Assembly: GCA_964270895.1 (NCBI GenBank)
Contig: OZ185441.1
Length of the DNA stretch: 64,000 nucleotides
From: Podarcis filfolensis
Lineage: Eukaryota
Direction: 5' to 3' (one strand)
Position 1 is the stretch's first letter; each line of letters begins with the position of its first letter. The position numbers were made by a program, and so were the translations under genes. Shown in pieces: positions 13,501 to 25,500 of this stretch. The notes beneath the pieces were generated by a model, which worked only from the letters and a program-made list of their open reading frames with translations, was not told the origin of the DNA and made no database searches.

Positions 13501-16500
13501 TGGATTCACTATAACAGTTCAAATCCAATGAGCTTACTTGTAGGGTTTAGTGCTGAAATACAGAGCAGGAAGAAGTTAATGTACCTTAATGTTTAAATTT
13601 AACTGTTGAAAGATAAAAGTAGCATAATTTTTTTTAACATTTTCATTACTAGTTGCAACTAGTCGTCAAAACTATCTACAGTAACAAAATCTCAGAATCA
13701 ATTGAAGAAATGCTTGGGATTTCTGTAGCAACTGAACTGCACCAAATGCAATGAATATTGATATTCAGAATTATATTTCTCCATATTTGTTTTCACTAGA
13801 GCAATGTTTGGCAAAATTTATGAATTTTATTTATTATTGGCTTTTTATTCTGCCCTCACATGAACTCCGTGAATCTCAAACTTTAGCTATTGGTTTGGAT
13901 CCAAAGAATCATGAGCACCAAAGCAGCCCTTTCTGTTCATTGAATGGTGTTTTCCTGCCTGATCTGCTTCAGTACAGCCCCTACCAGTCCCCAAAAGTCA
14001 ATTATGAAGATCAGGGAACCCACAGGAATGGTGTGGGTGATGCCACAAAGGCTGCAGATAGGGGAAGAAATCGTCTTGCATCATGAATCTGACTTACATG
14101 AGCAGGTTTTCCTGATTGCAAAAGACATCTCTGGATCCAGGCATTAATATATTTTAGTACAGCAATAACAGCTGTATTATGCATTACTTATTACCATAAA
14201 CCAAGTTAGTGCCTAACAGGCACTCTCCCCACCATCTGTTAGTAACCTCCCATATTCACTGATAAAAAGCAGGTGGCTTAATGTTTTACAGATAATATCT
14301 TAATAAAGTGCCAAGGTGATTTCTGTACATCAGAAACGCGAGAAATGAATGAAATAAAACTATTTCCAATAATGGCCCATTCCAGCTTCCCTGAGACTGT
14401 GCATGCTTGTGTTGGTAGTGGTAACGCTTTGAATCTATCTGTTTCTCTCTCCCCTGCCCTTTGCATGTGGATGTTTGCTTGTTCCTTGGCTGTAGCTATT
14501 CTTTAATTAATGAAATGCATCAATGATGCAGTGCCAGCAAAACATGGTTTTCATTTTGTGATGAAAATCATACAGACAAAATCACAACATCTTTTGTCTC
14601 AAACTGCTATCATACAGTACATTTTTTTGTTCTTTTCAGCCATATCTTTGGGTGTCGGGGGGAAATGCACAATATGTGACGTTATAGCATTATGAATTCT
14701 CATGTGTTCCTACTTTAAAGGATGCCATCAACCAATTTGCTAAGAGAGAGTGAAACGTTTTACAAACAATGGATAAAGTCTAATGTTCTTATTGTATTGG
14801 AATACTGATTAATATTTGAGGCTAGTTGCAGGAAATAGTTCATATGTAAATCATATTTGCATTTCCAGAGTTCAGAACATAGCTTTTGTGGATTCATATG
14901 AAACTCACATGAATCCATCGTTCTGTTCAAATGTTTTAGTTTGTTTAGCAAAAAAAATAGCACAAAAAATCTCAAACTTTCATTGAAATGTTTGGATAGC
15001 AATTAAGAATGTTTGCTTAAACTCACAAACCTACATTTTTTTATCAAATATATATTGCATTCCTATTTACTTACTGAGGAGCTTGGAATAAATTGGTTTT
15101 TCCCTCCAGTTTGTTTATCAGGCCTGGATTACTGATCCTAAAACTGCCCTCCGACAGAGGCGCAAAGAGAAAAAAAAGTTTGGGAAAGAAAGGAGACAAA
15201 GACGGAAAGGATCTGGGGAAGGTACGTATGCGTCTGTAATTTTGTCAGTTATTTCTTGTAAACACAAATCTTTACTCTGTTCATTGGGTGAAGGGACCAC
15301 AGCTCAGTGATTCAGCTACATGCCTTGCATGGGGAAGGTCCCAGGTAAATTCCATAACATCTGCAGTCACAAAAAAACCAGATAGTGGGTAATGGAAAAG
15401 ACCTCTATCTGAGTAGCCATATTAACACAACAATTACCCTTTCATGTGTGGCAAGAGAAAGGAGATAGAAATTTATTTTTACCTAGTTCCTCCTTGCTGG
15501 CTTACTACTATAGGCAGATATAATAGGCAAAACATTGGTCCAGTTCAGACGCAACCATTTCAGTTCATCAAACCATGCTTTCTTGGACCAGGAACAAGGT
15601 GTTTGCTTGCATACTCTCTCTTCCCTTAACTCAGTACCTCCTAATTTGTTGAACCATAATTTCACCTGAAGTCCAAACAAAAAATCTGTTGTTTGAGTTA
15701 CTGCTACAAACCAGGACATCAAACTGGAGATATTAGGGATGAGATGCACCTCACATAACCCTTCAGTGCAAGCCCTGCATGAGGGTGCCCATATCCAGAA
15801 AGGGCTTCTCCCCCTGCACCAATGGGGTCTTAAAGATGCTTGATGACCATTTCTAAAGACCACAGAGACTGTTGCTAACGCCAGCCTCTTAGGTAGCCCC
15901 AGTCAAATACTCCCACAACAGCTACTATGGGCAATCTGCCCTCTGAACTCCGAAGCTGCTCTGGTTGCACTTCTGGCTGCTTGGACAGTTTAGTCAACTT
16001 TAAAAACTTGCTTGTGTAACTTTCTTCTGGTTACACAGTGCAGCATCTCCTACTAACTCAATCACCATCTTACTTTCTCTGCTCTTCACCAGGCAAGTAT
16101 ATTCATACTTGGCACAGACATATAAAGGCTATAAAATGAGAATTCCCTGGATGTCAATATCCAGATTTGGGGCAAGTACTCTTTTGTGAGAGAGCCCCAG
16201 CAGATATTTAAAATCACAAAATATTCAGCAAGGTAAAGCATGGCTGTTAGACCTTTAAAATATGCCTTTCTAGGTGCCTTCCAAACTTCCCATCTTCACT
16301 TAGCATAGAAAAAGACCACACATTTGGTAAGCAAACAATTGCTTACTTACAAACTCTCCAAAGGTCACATTCATATGCTTTTCCATACAACAATCAGAAA
16401 ACACAGGCAGTGAAACTTGACTTAGTTACAGTGGTGAAAGTTCCTGAGTTATTGATATAGGAACACAAGAAAAGCATGTTAGAAACATGGGGCTCAGCTG

Positions 16501-19500
16501 CAGCAACTAGCTTAGCCAGTTTAGCCTTTTCACATGCTGAGCTTAGGTAAACTGAGGTACAACAATGGGCTAGATTACCTTTCTTCCAAAGTAAGGGGGA
16601 GTGACATAGCTACGCCTGGCAGGAAAGCTTACTCTATGGCATCAACCCCTTCATGCATTAATTAATCTTAAGCATATTGGTTATATGAGTTTGGTTATCC
16701 CACAAATAACAAAGTATTAATATTCAGACCTCAGCTTTCCATTCATTTTCCCCCAGTCTTGTCCTCATACTTACTTCACCCATTATCTCTTCAACTTCAC
16801 AACAGACCATTTTCAACTCTCTTCCTGACAGTTAACTCCCCAATGACAAGAATCTCCACACAGAGTCTGCTGTCCCACACAAATCACGATGAATTAACCT
16901 TATCCAGGTCCCGCCTAATAAATTCTGGAAGTTACAGTCTCTTTCCTTCACAGTCACCAAACAACTACTGCTAAATGTGCTTGTAACATAGTAACAGGAC
17001 AAGGCTTCAAGCCTTGACAGTTACAAAGAAATCACTGAATACAAACACAATTACTGTTGCAGGGAAAGATATAGTGGAGGGTGACAGGAAAATGGGTTAT
17101 TTTTAATTTGGGAAGGAGAGAGGTGGTAAAGAATAAATCCAAATGCTAGTTGGCCAAGCAATATTAAGGTGCTGAAGTCCACATTATTGTCTCAATTAAA
17201 GCAGAATAAAATCACTCATGGGCTATATCTCCAGTTAATTTGAATATAATTATTAGAGAGCACTGTATAATTTGAGGTTACTAAGCTGCAGCTCACTATA
17301 TATTTCCATCATTTTTGGTTGAATAATTCAGATCTGTGAAAAACTTTTGCTCATTTCTTTAATATTGATTTGTCAGTTGGTATAGATGTGGAGTGTGAAG
17401 AAAGAGAGGAACCTGTCAAAAAGAAGTCCTCAGACGGACCCGGTAAGCAAAGATGCAAGAAAGGTATTCTTTTATTTTCTGATTAGACAGTACAACAGTG
17501 TGTTAAATAAAGGCAAGCCAACAAATCCTATGTCTGGTGTACTGTATAATTTCTTTACAATTCTATATCAACATTCATCACTCTCCTAGCACAAGTGATA
17601 CTATTAAAGCCGGAAAGACTCAGAGGTCAGCAAACAATTACACTGACTGGTAATGAAACAGAATAATTCTGGTTCAAATGATTGGCCAATAATTTGGCTC
17701 CTTAAACTAGAAATGCCAGAAAAAGTGCTATCTTGTATAAGTCTACTCAAAAGAAAGTGGTAGGAAGGTCAACGGAGCTAACTTTCAGGTAATTGAATAG
17801 CGGTAGCAGTCAGAGAGCAACAATGATTCCTTAGGGGCTAGATTTTCTTCATTCATTCAAAAATATTTGTTATTGTGATGGTTGCTTATGTACTAAATCT
17901 CTTTTTTTTCCCTTTCTTTCTTGTTTCCTGCCCCCAGATAACATTATCAAAAGAATATATAATATTTTGAAGTTTACCTGGGTTCTGTTTCTGGCAACAA
18001 TAGACAGTTTTACAGCTTGGCTCAATTCGATTTCAAGAGAGCACATTGATATTTCCACTGTGCTAAGAATCGAGAGGTGCATGCTTACTAGAGAAATCAA
18101 AAAGGTAATAGGACATGCTCATATCATGTAGTTGATGCCATTAGGAAGGCTTGGAATTCAGGCCCACCTGTTTCTAGATACTTGTCAGGAACCGGAGTCA
18201 GGTGTAGATCAGCAATTAAAAAACCACTGGTGTCAGTGAAGTTAACTCTTTATTCAAGAAACCAAAACAGCACAGGACTAGCGATCCCAGCCACTCTTCC
18301 CAGTAGGTCTTGCCCCAATGAGGCAGTGGTGAGAACTGAGGGTTCCCACCTCCCCACAGCTGCCTAAGTCCTCTGTTCTCCAAGGTTTTTTCCAAGCAAT
18401 CAGATACTACATCTGCACACAACCCATCTCTCCTCTGCTCTTTTCATTTCTCTGTGAGTTCTGGGAGAGCGAGGGGAGGAGAAGGGGAGCAGGTCGCAGA
18501 AGGAGAGGGAAACTCCCTGGATTCTTCAGCAGCCTGCCTCATCTGTCTCCTGGCCCCGCTCTTCTCCAGCCTCTGAATCAGGACTGCTCTCTGCCACAGC
18601 CTCGTCCTGCTCACCTAAACCCTGTTGCCTCTTCAGCTTCTGACACCTCCTCCTCCCAGTCTGCTCCCTCTTCTCCCTCTGACCACTTATCATCATCATC
18701 CCACCACCAGTCACCTGGCTCAGTCTCCTTCCCCTGGGGGTTCCCCAGCTGGTGCCTCCCACCATTCCTCTGCATCCAGCCAGTCCTTGACAATATTTGT
18801 AGGAGCAGGTTTAGATTTTAGCAACCGTGGTTTTTCCTTATTTTAAAATGTTTTGGACGCATGATGTATATTAACAAAGACCTGCTAATTTTAGCTTATT
18901 GTTATAATTGAGGATGAAAGAAACCTTATGAATAGCCTGGCAAGGGAGAAAGAATGAAACACTTCTATGGTATAGTTCTGAGACTCCTCAATTTTTGATA
19001 TGCTGCACAATTCTCACTAGTTTGCACCAGATAATCACCAGATCTCAAAGATTGTTGGCAGATCCTACTTAGACTTCTAAATTCTATCCCTTCCTTTTTA
19101 GGGGAATGTTCCAACTCGAGAGAGTATCCATATGTATTATCAGAACCATATAATGAAACTTTCTAGGGAATCAGGATTGGATGAAATTTATGAACCTGGA
19201 CAGGCTGAGAGGACAGAAAGTCTAGAATCGGCAGTATCTCGTGACAGCGAATCCAGGTATTTTGTTTAAAATAAGCAGTAATTCAACCAATGCATAAAGG
19301 GTGATATCCAACATTATTCAGATGGAGGGCCAATGGATTTCCTATTCTTCTGTGCCTCCCACCCCATTTCCAAGTCTGCGCCAGACGGTCCGACCAGATT
19401 TTGGAGGTGCACAGAGATGGCTTGGTGGGTAGACAAGAGAGAAAGAAAAAGTCCTGTTTTTTCTGGCCTCAAAGTAACTATCTTCTGTGGGTAATAATAT

Positions 19501-22500
19501 GTGACAAGGGTAGTATAAGCAGCACCTCTGTTTGAGCTATTTGTTTTCCTCATGTTAAAGATTTATGAAAGCAGAAAAACTTACACATCATCCACATTTT
19601 TTTAACAGTAGACCCATTGAAATTAAGGGACCTAACTTTGTCATGTTTATTAATTTCACTGGGTCTACTCTGAGTAAAACATAGTTGACTGCCACTCCTG
19701 GGGTTTTCCAGATATCATACATATAGTAAGAAGCTGCACATTGGTTTACATATTTTGAAAATAAGAAAACCTTTTAAGTAAAAGTAAAAAGGCTTGCATT
19801 TTGTTTAATGAATAAAATAAACATTTGTGTATTAACCTATACAGTCTGGATTTCTCTGAAAGCAGATTGATTGATTAATAAATAACAGGTAGATCTTGTG
19901 GGAAGAAGTTTGCCTCCTAGTTATATTAACAAAACAGTGCCAAAACAGCCATCTTTAACCAAATGGAAACTGTCTAGTCTGTCAGACAAAAGGCAGACCT
20001 TTCCTAAAGTTACAACACCCAATACCCGTTGTATCCAAGAAGCATTTGAGAGTCTGACAGTGCAGTCCTAAGCAAGTTTACTCACGAGCACATTTCTCTT
20101 GAGTTAGTGATCGGATTGTCTGAAAACATTGATATTGAGCTTATGCGTATGGATTTTTTCTAATTCCCATCTCACATGTTGAATCTTGACAAGAAGCATG
20201 TTCTGCTAAAGATAAGAACAATCCTCATATGTGCTGGAACATATAATATGCATATATACTCCAGGTTTCCTGAAGTGGCCATTACATTAACAGTTATATA
20301 CAACAATGCATATAACTGCATAAAAATATTTATACAATTAGGTTGCAGAAATGCTGAACTGCATTGGGCTATTATACATATTATACATATAATATACATA
20401 TTTATTCCAATTTTCATATAATTAGCCAAGCTTCTTTAAAAATAATAGTACACAAGCCAGTTAGACGCAAGAAATTCCAGCAAAGCTTGGTAGGGTTGGG
20501 ACCCTAAAATTCTGGATATAAATCTGTTTCAAACTCAGTTGTTCCTCTGAGTTACTCCCTAGCAAACGAATTTAGGATTGCAACCTGAGCCACACTATGT
20601 GATTTTGCAGGCTGTAACCTGTAACTGTGTGACAAAATGGCTGAAAATCCTATGCCTTCACACCATGATTTCCCATTTAACTACTATTGATTCTGTGTGA
20701 CTATCAAAACATTGTTTTGAATAAAAACCAGTGCATACTGGTAGCTTAGAATCTCCACTCAAAACCTTGTCTATGTGTCTCTGTATACTGCATGGCTAGC
20801 CTGCATGGTTACTATTGAACCACTTCAGGATGCTATTGGTATATAACACTGTTTTTGTAACTGTTTGCACTGCTAGCTGCTGCACTGAAGCAACCACACT
20901 GTTGTTGTCAAGGCAGTCAACCCTTGATGATTTAGATGGACCAGACCCTATTCCTAAAACAAGTGAGCGTGCGCGTCCTAGGCTTCGTAAAATGTACAGC
21001 ATGGATATGTCCTCCTCATCTGCTGACAGTGGCAGTATGGTGTCAAGGTGCTTAACCCATGCATGCTTTGTTCATTGATTTACCCTGACCATTGTAAATT
21101 TTGGCACTGTGGATTTTGCCAGCGCAGGTGTGTTTTGTATGTATGTAGGTGTGCATGAGTACTTAATAGAAGCATATTTGTCTTGTTTAGGCTCATACCA
21201 ATATTTCTAATGGGGGGGGCTGTCTGTCTTTTTAGTAGCCCCCGTTTGATCCTTATACTTTTGGTCTCAAGCTTCTAAATTAGATATCTATTTATTGATC
21301 CGTTCATTTTAGCTGAGAGCTTAGAATGCTGCCTTCAGCTCCTGGTTCAGATAGAATCCTGGTTAGTGTCAGCCACAGCAGCTAATATGATTGCTGGCCA
21401 AAAAATACCACACACACAAAAACCGAAAACCATAGGTAAGGCAGAAAGAGGCAATTAATTCTTAAGAGGAGAAAAGATGGGGAGGATATGACACATAACG
21501 CCACGGCCTGTTCCCAGTCTTTTAACTGTGGTTGAGTTTGTCTTCACTGGCTTAACATTGAAATTTAGCATAGAACATACTTTGAACACATCCGTGTTTC
21601 ATTTGTGAAATAAGAAATTGACAAAATAATATTGTTCCCCCTGTTCTTGACAGTGAGGCTACCCAAATCACCATGCTGTATTCTCGTCAGGGGACAGCAG
21701 AAACTATTGAAGAAGTTGAAGGGGAGGAGCACGAAGAAGGAGGAGAAGAAGAAGAAGAAGAAGAGGGGGTAGATGCTGCATCGAGGCAGGAGCATGACAT
21801 GGAAGTTTATTGCATAGATTCTGAAGGAGCTGCATATACTTCTGATACAGATATACCATCCTATTCTGGTTTGGATGGCATTGCTGAACCCCCTCCTTCC
21901 TACAGCAAAGCTGTGAGCTTGGAGCTTTTCCCCTTAGATAGTTCCCAAGATGGTTCCTCTGTCAAAAACCATATGATGGTGAGCCCAGATGAAAATCAGT
22001 CTGACAAACCAGAAGATTCTATACTTCCTCCTTTGACACATGAGCTTACTGCAAGTGAACTACTTCTAAACAAGTAAGAATCATAAAATAATTTCCCCAC
22101 AGGCATGTAAAATAATGTGAATTCATTATGTTACAAAAAATTATATTGTAATGATGCTCAAGTCATTGAAGTGAATTTTAGTAAATTCACTGATCACCAG
22201 ATCATTCTGATTACATTAGTTTTGTGCTGCTTCATGTGATGAATTCAGTTTATGGCACTTGTACCCTGGCCTTCCTTTCAGGAGATTACAGTAGCAGGGA
22301 TGTGGTATTCAGTAGTGTTTACTGAATTTAGATATCTGGGGCACTGGCCATGGCTAGACCTGCTTACCTTCAAAAATAGAACTATGTCATGTGCTTTCAG
22401 ATGAAGAAACTTTTGATAACATTTCCTTTACTTTTCACAAATGTAAGACAGAATTAGACTGATTTGCAACGGGGTTCATTGATTTTGCATACCATGAACA

Positions 22501-25500
22501 TTGAGCAAGAACTTCATTAGAATTATTTAGTGGGCGGTGGTCATTTGCACATCGTAAAATTGTTACATGAAAGGCACAGTGATAGCTACACATGTATTTC
22601 ATCATGGTGTATACCTGATGGGAAACTGCGGCTAATTATGACATTCTATGACAAGTACACACCCCAAGAAACACAGTCAAAATAATATCTGAAGAAGTGT
22701 GCATGCACACGAAAGCTTATACCCAGAACAAACTTAATTGGTCTCTAAGGTGCTACTGGACAATTTTCTATTTATTTCAACTGTGTCAGACCAACATGGC
22801 TACTTACCTGACCCAAGAAACAGATTGCATTTTAAAGGGAAAAAAACTGATTTGAAACTCTTTATATGCAAATATTCTAACTTTGGAAAAGGCCTGGATG
22901 CTGAACCTGATCTCTCAAAATATTTGGGTGACATACTGAAACTTACTTTACATGTGCCCATGGGTTTCTGTACCAGGAGATATTTTGTTTCCTTTGAACA
23001 CCTTCTTTTGAAATAAATATGTGGTTAATGGAACTCTATGCCTGACTTTTGATAGCCCGCACTTCAGGTGCAAAGCAGGGCTCATGAGGTGTCTGGCCTT
23101 ATGAGATTTCTGAGGGCCAAATACAGGGTCTCCATTGGAGGGCTGCATTCAGCCTCCCAGGCCTGAGGTTCCTCACATCTCTAGTGTGGCTGGTAAAGAA
23201 ACACATCTAAAGCTGGGTATTGGAAACTTGTTTGCATGGTTCTTTGTTAAGTAGAAATATATTATTTGTTGTTACTTACAGATTATTCTGCAGTATTTAA
23301 AATATTGGCACATCAAGTTATGTGATCTAACTTTGTCCCCACAGAATGTTTCAAGATGAGGAACTGGATGAGTCAGAAAAATTCTACTCTACTCAGCCTC
23401 GTTTTTTGCTGCTAATTTATGCTTTGTATAATACCCTTGTGGCTCGTTCAGAAATGGTGTGTTTTTTTGTAATCATTCTTAATCACATGATCTCTGCCTC
23501 CATGATTACCCTTGTGCTTCCTATTCTTATATTCCTTTGGGCCATGCTTTCTGTCCCGAGGCCTAGCAAACGTTTTTGGATGACAGCTATAGTCTACACT
23601 GAGGTGTGTTAATATTCTAATGATTATTTCTCATTTTTATGGAATGTTACCAAATTTTCAGTGATTAACATGAAGCTATTTTTCATCTTTCTCTTTTTTC
23701 TTTCTTTTTTGCACAGGTAACAATTGTTATAAAATATTTTTTCCAGTTTGGCTTCTTTCCTTGGAATAAGCAACTAGAACTAAACAAGGACAAGCCTTAC
23801 CATCCTCCCAATATTATTGGTGTTGAGAAGAAAGAGGGTTATGTTCACTATGACCTCGTTCAACTACTTGCTTTGTTTTTTCATCGATCCATTTTAAAGG
23901 TATTTTGGAATTTTAAAATGTATTTTATTGTTTTTAACCTTAGATTTTTGTATAGAATGATGTGGCTGGCAGCATGCTGACTTTCCATCATATCTGAATT
24001 GCGGTTTCCAAATTATAAATATTAAGAGTCATGAAGACACTTATTAGACTAAATGAAATGTTTTCACTGCAAAATCAGATCTGAATATGATTAGTTAGCT
24101 GTCTTAATTTCTGATTTAAAGTTATAGCATGGATTGCTCATAAGCTTTTGTGAGCAAACAGCTCCACAGGAATATCTGTTTGTGCCCTTAAACCAACTTG
24201 AAAGAACCAAGACTTTAAAACTGATCTTTGTCAACCAGGGTTTGGCCCTAAAACTTGTTTACAATGCTGTTGCATGCCTTTTCAACCATAACTAGCTCCA
24301 AAAATCTTGATGAGGGCTGTGGTATTGAAGAATGCTTGAACTAAAGCTCCTCTCATTTTAGAAATTAAGTAATGAACCAGCACACAAAGTTAAAATGATG
24401 TATTTCAGTAGCTTTATTCTTTAAATATGGTGCACAAGAGGTTAGGTGACTTGAAGATAAGAATGTATTCCATTAGCATGTGTATTTTATAAAGAGAAGG
24501 AATCCCAACAATAGCCAATTTTAAAATATAATTTTAAATATAATTGCTTAACTTTATCTATTTTTTTAGTGTCATGGATTGTGGGATGAAGATGATGGAG
24601 GAGACAACTGCAGCAGTAAAGGCGACTCTGATGATGAGTCAGTTGAGTCGGACAGGAGAGGTTCTGCTGGCTCTTTGACATCAGTCAATTTGGCAGCATC
24701 TGTTGAATCCATACATGTTCATTTCCCAGAGCAGCAGACTGCCATCCGTAGGAAAAGTTCAAGTAGTGGCTCACAGCTTTCTCACAGATCCAGCTTTTCC
24801 TCACACCGTTCAAAAAGAGGTATGCATTTGGTCCACGACCAAGACTCTAAAACAGAATGTGGCATTACACGTTGTACTTGCTTAGTCATTGATTTCTTGC
24901 CAGTGGCAGGAAACACCTTCTACTCTGAAGCAGCCACAGGGGAGATGGGAGAAGGAGACAGGGCAAGGCAAGGCAAGGCAAGCAGAGAAGGCAAGTAAGG
25001 ATACTTTAAATTAAAGGCTAGAACAAGTGAGAGAGGCTGAAGTGGGGGAAAAGCACACTGAGGCAAGAGACAAGCGGAGAGAGATGAGGAGGTTGGTCAG
25101 AAGGTGCAGGAGGAAAAATGGAAGGACTGCCAAGCTACACAAGTGGGAGGGGGAAATGGGGCAGCTGGAAGACTCACAGAGGAAAAGAGAACTCACAAAT
25201 ATTGGAGGGAAAGATGTATGAACTGGACCAAGGATAAGAAATAATGGGAGCTTAAGAAATACGTGACTGTTTGGATGGAGTGAACTGAACTATGGGAGCT
25301 AAGATGGAGATGTTACCCAACCTGATCACTTCTACAGGCAATGGGAAACTACCTTTCAGATAACTATCAATGGAACTTTTTAGATCCTGCTTGTTCTTGC
25401 CCACCATTGTTTCAGCATGCCACAGTCTTCAAAGTTAAGACATCACAAGGAACTGTGGTTTATTTAAAATCAGAATTTGATTTCCTCCTTACAGGTACAA

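Noticed and set aside
13751-14086. 111-aa intronic ORF after a T-rich tract (possible alternative terminal exon, QCLAKFMNF...)
   Set aside because: The good acceptor (TAG at 13799) gives a stop after 7 codons in the required phase. The open frame needs a rare GAG acceptor, and no homology is recognisable.
18526-18846. Acidic or low-complexity ORFs
   Set aside because: By-product of simple repeats in the solo LTR.
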